Assembly: GCF_000010065.1 (NCBI RefSeq) | Contig: NC_006576.1 | Location: 2,340,001-2,372,000 of the forward strand | Direction: 5' to 3' | Origin: Synechococcus elongatus PCC 6301 | GTDB taxonomy: Bacteria > Cyanobacteriota > Cyanobacteriia > Synechococcales > Synechococcaceae | DNA: 32,000 nt | Shown here: positions 25,401 to 32,000 of the stretch, piece by piece | Position numbering within the stretch: the stretch's first letter is position 1 | Layout: each line of letters begins with the position of its first letter | Translations under genes and position numbers: made by a program | The notes under the pieces: model-generated | Told to the model about the DNA's origin: nothing | Databases searched by the model: none | The model's input: the letters and a program-made list of their open reading frames with translations, nothing else

Positions 25401-26389
25401 ACTTGCGGCGATACCTGATGCATTGGGGGCGATCGCGTTTTGAAGCGTGGTTGGCGCGACAGTTGCCGCCGCGATCGCCAATTCGCTTGAATCGCGAGCG
25501 AATCTTTATCTTTCCCAGTCAGTTTGGGGCAGTTTTTCTAGCATTGGATATCGCCTTTTATCTAATTGGCACCAACTACCAAAACAATTTGGTTTTGTTG
25601 CTGAGCTTTTTGCTGCTGAGTTTATTTTTGGGCTGCATTTTCCAGAGCTTTCGTAATCTCGATGGCCTCGAACTGGAAGCCTTGCCCGCCCCGGATGGAC
25701 AAGTTGGTGAGCCTCTACGTCTGTCGGTACGTCTCAAGACTGAAACGCCGCGCTATGCCCTACGGCTGCATCTACCCAAGAGCGATCGCCCGCGCATTGC
25801 CGAACTACGATCGCCCAGTGAGACTGTCAGTCTGACGGTGATTCCCCTGCAGCGTGGCTGGTATCGTCCGGGACGGCTGCAAGTGCGCAGCGACTATCCC
25901 TTGGGGCTATTTCGGACTTGGACGGTCTTGGATCTGGGCTGGCAAGCACTGATTATTCCGCAGCCGGAACGCTGGCCGCTCCAAACTGCCGCGATCGCTG
26001 CCACGGCTGCCACCGCTGATCAGCCGATCTCTAGCTCGCAACCTCACCCAGCCACCAGTGAAGACTTTGTTGGTCTGCAACCCTATCAGCCTGGAGAATC
26101 GCTGCGGCGGGTGGCTTGGAAACAACTGGCGCAGGGACGAGGTCTACATAGCAAAGCCTTTGCGGGTGAAAGTGCGCAGCAAAGCTGGCTGAGCCTGCAA
26201 CAGACGCCAGGACAGGATCTGGAGCAACGGTTACGGCGTTTGACTTGGGCTGTGCAGGAACTCAGTCGCCGGGGCGAAGCTTTTGGGCTTTCACTCGGGG
26301 CTCAACGTTGGGAAGCCGAGACTGGCAGCCAGCATCAGCGCACCTGTCTGCAAGCGATCGCCCTCTACGGGTTGGAGCGCTCCGTATGA
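25397..26389 (+). CDS. DUF58-family protein (MoxR partner, VWA-like), with an N-terminal double-TM hairpin
   Basis: DUF58 core EDFVGLQPYQPGESLRRVAWKQLAQGRGLHSKAF. ATG 25397 overlaps the moxR stop (ATGA 25397-25400). The ORF-track start at 25244 lies inside moxR and is rejected. Confidence 0.85.
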   Translation: MNLRRYLMHWGRSRFEAWLARQLPPRSPIRLNRERIFIFPSQFGAVFLALDIAFYLIGTNYQNNLVLLLSFLLLSLFLGCIFQSFRNLDGLELEALPAPDGQVGEPLRLSVRLKTETPRYALRLHLPKSDRPRIAELRSPSETVSLTVIPLQRGWYRPGRLQVRSDYPLGLFRTWTVLDLGWQALIIPQPERWPLQTAAIAATAATADQPISSSQPHPATSEDFVGLQPYQPGESLRRVAWKQLAQGRGLHSKAFAGESAQQSWLSLQQTPGQDLEQRLRRLTWAVQELSRRGEAFGLSLGAQRWEAETGSQHQRTCLQAIALYGLERSV

Positions 26390-28389
26390 CGGCTGCTGTC
26401 TGGTGCCCGCCACGGTTGGGGTTATGCCTGCTGAGCGGCGGCTATCTGATTGCCCTACTGCTGCAGCTAGGCGATCTGCCGCCCGTAGCTGCTTTTGTCG
26501 CGATCACCCTGTTGATTTGGGGACTCATTCGCCAGTGGCAACAGCGATCGCTCTTACCCCAAACGCTGCGCCATGGTCTGACCGCGATCGCCCTGATCTT
26601 GGCGCTGTTGGTGGGCCTTCCTCAGGGGTTGCTCAGTGTCTTCCTCGGGCTGTTGACTCTTGCTTTTGCTCTCAAGTTGTTGGAACTCAAGGAAGAGCGA
26701 GACTACCAAGCACTGGTGTTAATTGCCTACAGTTTGGTGGCTCTGGGTTTTCTGCTCCGCCAAAGTTTGCTGGAAACGCTGGTCTTGCTAATGGCAATCG
26801 CTTTGGCGACCTTGGGATTGGCAGCCCTCTATCGGCCGCTTAGTCGCCCACGCCAGCCCTTTGCAGCTTTGTTGCGACTCCTGGGGCCTGCGATCCCGCT
26901 GTTACTTGTGCTGTTTTTGATTGCCCCACGCTTGCCGCCCCTCTGGGGAGTACCGGTCGGTCAACGGGCCGTGACCGGTTTGAGCGATCGGGTGTCGCCC
27001 GGAGAAATTGCTGACCTCAGCCGCTCCTCGGCCTTGGCCTTTCGCTTCAGCTTCCCCGAGGCATCCCTCCCCAGCGATCGCTTTTACTGGCGGGCAATGG
27101 TCCATGAACTGACGGACGGACGGAGCTGGCAGCCGCTGCCCTACCGTGATCGCTTCGATCCGGGTGAAGTCGCCCCAGAACTGACTGGGGAAGGCGCGAT
27201 TCCCTACACCGTCATTGCCGAGCCGAGTCAGCGCACCTGGCGCTATGCCCTTGAACTCAGTCGGCCAACGAGCGAAGGCATTGTCCTCGATTCGCGCTTC
27301 GAGTTTCGAACCAAGATTCCGCTCAGCCAGCAGAGCCGCTATCAAGGCGTGACTTTTGAGCGCTATCAGGCGGACTTGACGCTTTCAGCGCGCGATCGCC
27401 AGCTCAATTTGCAGCTGCCACCAGGGAGTAATCCCCAAACCCGCGCTTGGGCGCAACGGCTTCGCGATCGCTTCTCGAATGATGATGCCGCGATTGTGCA
27501 GGCCAGCTTGCAGGAGCTCCAACAGCAGGAATTTCGCTATACTCTGCAGCCGCCGCTGCTCACAGCTAACAACAGCATTGATGACTTTCTGTTCCGCAGT
27601 CGGGCGGGCTTTTGCGAACATTACGCCAGCAGTTTTGCCTTTTTGATGCGAGCGGCTGGTCTTCCGGCGCGGGTCGTGACGGGCTATCTCGGGGGGGAGT
27701 GGAATCCGCAGGCCAGTTACTACAGCGTCTTGCAGGCCAATGCCCACGCCTGGACAGAGGTTTGGCTAGAGGGTCAAGGCTGGACTCGGATTGATCCAAC
27801 TGCAGCGATCGCCCCACTGAGACTCAGTGAAGGGCTGGAAGCTGCGTTAACACCGGAAGACCGTGCCCAAGCCGCTGGTGGCCTCCTTGGTGCGGCAGTG
27901 CTGCGCCGTCTGCCACTGCTGGATCAGGCTTGGCAACTCTGGGCTTCAATCGACTACCGCTGGACCTCTTGGGTACTGAGTTACGACAACCAGCGTCAGC
28001 AGGAGATTTTGGCTGCGTTGCTGGCACAGGTAGGACAGGTTGGGCTGTCTCTCTTGCTCGTCGCAACTTTACTGATCGCCGCTGGGTTGATGTGGTGGCT
28101 GTCCCGGTGGTTGGATCAGCGATCATCCGAGGATCCTAGTCTGCGCATCTATCAACAGGCCTGCCGCACGATCGCCAAAGCCGGTTGGCCGCGCTACCCC
28201 CAAGAAGGACCGGCGGCCTATGCTGAGCGGCTGCAACAGCTTCAGCAACCCTGGACCGCGGTCTTCAGTCAGCTCACCCAGCAGTATTTGGCTCAGCGTT
28301 ATGCCCAACAATCGTTGCCTGCCCAGTCCCTGCAGCGATCGCTCCAAGCGCTCCGGCGGAGTTTGCGGGTGAAGACTCGTTCCTCCTAG
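26386..28389 (+). CDS. Transglutaminase-like membrane protein (TgpA type: polytopic N-terminus plus transglutaminase core)
   Basis: ATG 26386 overlaps the DUF58 stop (ATGA 26386-26389). There are about six N-terminal TM helices. A Cys/His/Asp triad context is present: GFCEHYASSF, NAHAWTEVWL, WTRIDPT. A late TM follows (LSLLLVATLLIAAGLMWWL). Confidence 0.88.
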   Translation: MTAAVWCPPRLGLCLLSGGYLIALLLQLGDLPPVAAFVAITLLIWGLIRQWQQRSLLPQTLRHGLTAIALILALLVGLPQGLLSVFLGLLTLAFALKLLELKEERDYQALVLIAYSLVALGFLLRQSLLETLVLLMAIALATLGLAALYRPLSRPRQPFAALLRLLGPAIPLLLVLFLIAPRLPPLWGVPVGQRAVTGLSDRVSPGEIADLSRSSALAFRFSFPEASLPSDRFYWRAMVHELTDGRSWQPLPYRDRFDPGEVAPELTGEGAIPYTVIAEPSQRTWRYALELSRPTSEGIVLDSRFEFRTKIPLSQQSRYQGVTFERYQADLTLSARDRQLNLQLPPGSNPQTRAWAQRLRDRFSNDDAAIVQASLQELQQQEFRYTLQPPLLTANNSIDDFLFRSRAGFCEHYASSFAFLMRAAGLPARVVTGYLGGEWNPQASYYSVLQANAHAWTEVWLEGQGWTRIDPTAAIAPLRLSEGLEAALTPEDRAQAAGGLLGAAVLRRLPLLDQAWQLWASIDYRWTSWVLSYDNQRQQEILAALLAQVGQVGLSLLLVATLLIAAGLMWWLSRWLDQRSSEDPSLRIYQQACRTIAKAGWPRYPQEGPAAYAERLQQLQQPWTAVFSQLTQQYLAQRYAQQSLPAQSLQRSLQALRRSLRVKTRSS

Positions 28390-28438
28390 CGGACTTGTAA
28401 TTACTGGCAGATGGCGTTGCCGCGATCGCGCCTCTAAA

Positions 28439-28846
28439 ATGACTGCGTCCCAAGTGGAGACTCTGATGCTGAGCCAGCGTGAAAAAGATACCCTCATTGC
28501 CCAATCTGCAGGATGGTTGAGCGTCGTCCTCAACTTGGGTTGCAATGGCACCGGCTACATCTACCAACGACGCTGGCGAGCTTTCTGGATCGGGGGATTA
28601 CTCGCTTTTGGCTGTGCCTTCATTGGAGGCGCTGGCGGTGCGGTGTTAGGAACCGCGATCGCCCGTAGTGAAAATTTGACCGATGAGGAGTCGATTGGAG
28701 CTGCAGCCACCCTCGGGCTCGTGGGTGTGTATCTAGGCTTTGGCGGCGTTGGAATTGGGTCTGCTGTTGAAGCGGGTTTGCGAGTCTCGCGGGTGCGGCA
28801 ACAGCTGGAGGCTGCTGAAAAAGCTGAGAGTGAGGGATTGGCCTAG
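28439..28846 (+). CDS. Glycine-zipper small membrane protein (135 aa, hypothetical)
   Basis: Hydrophobic, GxxxG-rich segments (FWIGGLLAFGCAFIGGAGGAVLGTAIA; LGLVGVYLGFGGVGIGSAVEAG). The GTGYIYQRRW segment is loosely reminiscent of TM2-type domains. No enzyme motif is visible. Confidence 0.6.
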   Translation: MTASQVETLMLSQREKDTLIAQSAGWLSVVLNLGCNGTGYIYQRRWRAFWIGGLLAFGCAFIGGAGGAVLGTAIARSENLTDEESIGAAATLGLVGVYLGFGGVGIGSAVEAGLRVSRVRQQLEAAEKAESEGLA

Positions 28847-28947
28847 AACGCTCAGGGCGATCGCCTCAGAAAGCAGACTGACAGGGGCGGGCCGAAAGTT
28901 GATTCGGGCTGAAATGTCAGAATGAGGGCGTCGATCGCCTCAGCCCT

Positions 28948-30348
28948 GTGACCCTCGATTTTGATACTGCCCGTCAGCAGCTAGACGACCTCATTCACCG
29001 TTATCGCGATCGCGCTGATTTTCTGGCGATTCGCCTCGAAGAATCCCAGGCAACGGACATTGCCCTGCGGGGCGATCGCTTTGAAACCCTCAGTGAAAGT
29101 TTGGCGGTGGGTGGTCAGGTTCGGGCTTGCTGGAAAGGCGGTTGGGGCTTCGCCAGTTTCAATCGCCTCAGTCAATTGGAAGAACGACTGCAAGAGGCGA
29201 TCGCGGCGGCTCGCTTGATCGGCACGGAAACCACGGAACTCGCACCGGTTGATCCGGTACGGGCAATTTGGACGGCACCGCTCACAGGGCGATCGCCGGA
29301 CCAAGTGGCGCTGGCAGAGAAGAAGGCGCTCTGCCAGCACTACACCGAGATTTTGCGCAGTGGCGATCGCCGCATTGCCAGTACGAGTGTGCGTTACGGC
29401 GACAGTCACCAGCGGTTGCTGTTGGCAACCTCGGAAGGCACCTTGCTAGAACAGTCTTGGTCAGACTGGGAAATGCGCTTTGCCGCGACAGCTCGCGAGG
29501 GCGATCGCGTTCAGACAGGGCGTGAGACGACTGGCTCGCGGCGCGGCTGGGAAGATCTGCTGGGTCTGGATGGGGCTGTGCAGGGGGCTCGCGATCGGGC
29601 GCTGCAATCGCTTTCGCTGCCGGTTGTGGAAGCGGGGACTTATACGGTCGTTATTGATCCGATCCTGACGGGGCTGTTTGTCCACGAAGCTTTTGGCCAT
29701 CTGTCGGAAGCGGATATGGCCTACGAAAATCCTGAGCTGCTGGAAGTGATGAGCTTAGGCCGTCGCTTTGGCCCAGAGACCCTACAAATTTTTGATGGTG
29801 CCGCCCCTGAGGGACATCGCGGCAGCTATGCCTATGACGATGAAGGTGTTCCCGCTAGCACGACGGCTTTAATTACGGATGGTGTCCTCACAGGGCGCCT
29901 GCATTCTCGGGAAACGGCTGGAAAACTCGGGGAAGCGCCCACCGGCAATGCCCGCTGCTTGGATTTTCACTATCCGCCGATCGTGCGGATGACCAATACT
30001 TGGATTGCGCCGGGAACAACGCCGGCAGCCGATCTGATCCAAGGCATTGAGCAGGGTGTCTTCGCCCGCAATTGGCTGGGTGGCATGACCAATGGTGAGA
30101 TGTTCACCTTCTCGGCGGGCGAGGCTTGGATGATTCGTAATGGTGAGCTGGCGGAGCCGGTGCGTGATGTCACGCTCTCAGGCAATGTGTTCTCGACCCT
30201 AGCGGCGATCGAAGCGATCGGTGATGACTTTGTCTGGGATGAGTCGGGCGGCTGTGGCAAGGGTGGCCAGAGTGGTTTGCCCGTTGGCTGCGGTGGTCCG
30301 AGCCTGCGAATTCGGGATGTCGTCGTCGGTGGCGAAGCGAGTGATTAA
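28948..30348 (+). CDS. tldD: TldD-type zinc metalloprotease (TldD/PmbA family)
   Basis: 466 aa, GTG start. The HExxxH zinc motif (FVHEAFGHLSEAD) distinguishes TldD from TldE/PmbA. The C-terminal Gly-rich GGCGKGGQSGLPVGCGGP is typical of the family. Confidence 0.85.
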   Translation: MTLDFDTARQQLDDLIHRYRDRADFLAIRLEESQATDIALRGDRFETLSESLAVGGQVRACWKGGWGFASFNRLSQLEERLQEAIAAARLIGTETTELAPVDPVRAIWTAPLTGRSPDQVALAEKKALCQHYTEILRSGDRRIASTSVRYGDSHQRLLLATSEGTLLEQSWSDWEMRFAATAREGDRVQTGRETTGSRRGWEDLLGLDGAVQGARDRALQSLSLPVVEAGTYTVVIDPILTGLFVHEAFGHLSEADMAYENPELLEVMSLGRRFGPETLQIFDGAAPEGHRGSYAYDDEGVPASTTALITDGVLTGRLHSRETAGKLGEAPTGNARCLDFHYPPIVRMTNTWIAPGTTPAADLIQGIEQGVFARNWLGGMTNGEMFTFSAGEAWMIRNGELAEPVRDVTLSGNVFSTLAAIEAIGDDFVWDESGGCGKGGQSGLPVGCGGPSLRIRDVVVGGEASD

Positions 30349-30424
30349 AAAGCGTTCGCGCTAGACGGGACTCTAGGTCAGACGCGAGAATCAGAGATTG
30401 CTGTGTTTGTGATCGCTCTCTCCC

Positions 30425-30895
30425 ATGCCGCAGGTTGTGCTCTATCAGCCCGAAATCCCGCCCAATACCGGCAATATTGCACGCACCTGTGCCGCAACAG
30501 ACACGCCCCTGCATCTGATCGAGCCCTTGGGGTTTGAACTGAGCGATCGCTATCTCAAGCGAGCGGGCCTCGACTACTGGCCTTACGTCCAGCTGACGAC
30601 CCATCCTGATTGGTCCGTATTTCGGCAACAGCAGCAACAGCAGGGCGGCCGACTGATTGCGTTTACAACCAAAGGGGAATTGAACTATCTCGACTGTGAC
30701 TTTCAAGCCACTGATTGGTTGCTGTTTGGGCGAGAAACTAGTGGCCTACCGGAAGATGTTTTGGCCAGCTGTGACCATCGCGTTCGTATCCCCACACCTC
30801 AAGCAGGAGTGCGCAGTTTGAATCTGTCGGTGAGTGTAGCGATCGGATTATTTGAAGCGCGGCGACAAGTTTACTTTGCGACTAATCCTGCCTAG
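30425..30895 (+). CDS. trmL: tRNA (cytidine/uridine-34 2'-O)-methyltransferase, SpoU-TrmD class
   Basis: 156 aa. VVLYQPEIPPNTGNIARTCAA, LLFGRETSGLP and RSLNLSVSVAI are YibK/TrmL signatures. Confidence 0.88.
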   Translation: MPQVVLYQPEIPPNTGNIARTCAATDTPLHLIEPLGFELSDRYLKRAGLDYWPYVQLTTHPDWSVFRQQQQQQGGRLIAFTTKGELNYLDCDFQATDWLLFGRETSGLPEDVLASCDHRVRIPTPQAGVRSLNLSVSVAIGLFEARRQVYFATNPA

Positions 30896-30972
30896 TTTGA
30901 GACTATTACAGCGGAGTCTTGGCAACGCTCTCAATGAACTGACTGAGATTGGAGCCATGTTTTAGCCTGAAC

Positions 30973-31653
30973 TTAGGGATAGTCGCGAATCACATAGCCA
31001 ACGCCTCGCACTGTCTGTAAAATTCGTTGCGGATTTGAGGCTTCTAGCTTTAATCGCAATGCTCGAATATAGACTTCAATAATATTAGACTCGCCCATGA
31101 AGTCATACCCCCAAACTTGCTCAAGAATTTGGTCACGGGTAACGACTTGTCGAGCATGTCTTAGGAGAAACTCGAGCAGATCAAACTCCTTAGCTGTCAG
31201 CTCTAGTCGTTGACTCCCTCGATAAACTTCATGGGTTAGACGATGGAGTGATACATCAGCAAACTGCAGGCGATCGGGCTCTTCTGGATTGACCCGACGT
31301 AATTGCGCCTTAACTCGTGCCAGCAGCTCCTCGATGCTGAAGGGCTTTGTGACATAGTCATCAGCCCCTGAGTTTAACCCCGAAACGCGATCGGAAATTT
31401 CATCCTTAGCTGTCAATAAAATGATTGGTGTTTGAACACCAGTCGATCGTAGCCTCAAGCAGATATCAACTCCAGAAAGAGTTGGTAACATCCAGTCCAG
31501 AATGAGTAAATCGGGTTGAATACTTCTTGCTAAAGATAGACCGTCTAGACCGTTGTTGGCAACTGTTACTTGATAGCCTTCTAAGCTGAGTTCTTGCTCA
31601 ACAAACAGCAGAAGCTTCGGGTCATCCTCAATGAGCAAAATATGATTGTTCAT
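30973..31653 (-). CDS. OmpR-family response regulator (receiver plus winged-helix)
   Basis: Receiver with acidic pocket (LLIEDD) and phospho-acceptor context (LLILDWMLP), then LTAK and DDYVTKPF. The C-terminal winged helix has LTAKEFDLLEFL and RGVGYVI. Its ATG overlaps the kinase stop (ATGA 31653-31650). Confidence 0.92.
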   Translation of the reverse strand: MNNHILLIEDDPKLLLFVEQELSLEGYQVTVANNGLDGLSLARSIQPDLLILDWMLPTLSGVDICLRLRSTGVQTPIILLTAKDEISDRVSGLNSGADDYVTKPFSIEELLARVKAQLRRVNPEEPDRLQFADVSLHRLTHEVYRGSQRLELTAKEFDLLEFLLRHARQVVTRDQILEQVWGYDFMGESNIIEVYIRALRLKLEASNPQRILQTVRGVGYVIRDYP

Positions 31654-32000
31654 GGCAAGGATTCCCAGTTGGGTAAGATGATGGTGAAAGTACTGCCTTC
31701 CCCTAGTTTAGACCGCAGCGTAATTTTGCCCTGCATGCCTTCAATCAAGCTTTTGGCAATTGCTAATCCTAGCCCAGTTCCATCACGCGATCGTGTCATG
31801 GCTTCATCCACTCGGTAAAATCGCTCAAAAATGCGACTTTGGTGAGCAAGAGGAATTCCTACTCCTTGATCGATTATGTGAATTAAGGTCTGTTGATTAG
31901 ACTGCTCTAAATTAATGTAGACCACTTGATCTTGATTCGAATATTTGGCTGCGTTATCTAGCAGATTGATCAAAGCTTGCTCTAAACGATTTTGATCAGC
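31650..32000 (-). CDS. Sensor histidine kinase, C-terminal HATPase_c part only (5' end lies beyond the window)
   Basis: N box (LINLLDNAAKYS), G1 (DQGVGI), F (FERFYRVD) and G2 (GTGLGLAIAK). The frame stays open to position 32000 (ADQNRLEQAL...). The ORF-track M at 31973 is an internal TTG Leu. Confidence 0.9.
   Translation of the reverse strand, partial: ADQNRLEQALINLLDNAAKYSNQDQVVYINLEQSNQQTLIHIIDQGVGIPLAHQSRIFERFYRVDEAMTRSRDGTGLGLAIAKSLIEGMQGKITLRSKLGEGSTFTIILPNWESLP

Overview
This is a densely packed cyanobacterial chromosomal window. Evidence for that: psbU, gun4 and cbbY are present, and the HIP1 octamer GCGATCGC recurs every few hundred bp. Gene content and order match my recollection of the Synechococcus elongatus PCC 7942/6301 region running from psbU to labA. 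That attribution is from memory and needs a BLAST check.

I support about 33 protein-coding genes, mostly housekeeping:
- dcd, leuC, argJ, a LivM/LivG-type ABC pair, trhO, a GH57 glucan enzyme, recJ, cbbY, gun4, psbU, nadB, tldD, trmL.
- Two glycan-synthesis blocks: tandem GT4 genes at 71-3591, and a methyltransferase plus GT4 at 15158-17528.
- A MoxR/DUF58/transglutaminase triad.
- A NYN-domain (labA-like) gene.
- An OmpR-type two-component pair, cut by the right edge of the window.

I found no rRNA, tRNA, CRISPR array, transposase, integrase or phage gene. Many ORF-track entries are antisense or shadow ORFs of a GC-rich genome, and I rejected them.

I do not see a clear-cut new system. There are no defence-island or mobile-element hallmarks. 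The best under-characterised candidates are:
1. The translationally coupled MoxR-DUF58-TgpA triad, with a downstream glycine-zipper membrane protein and a lone TldD.
2. An overlapped cbbY / orphan RfaE-domain-II / gun4 operon.
3. labA coupled by an ATGA overlap to the tRNA hydroxylase trhO.
4. A split, AT-rich but HIP1-saturated glycan locus whose architecture resembles WbdA/WbdD.

All functional calls rest on motif recognition by eye, not on database searches.
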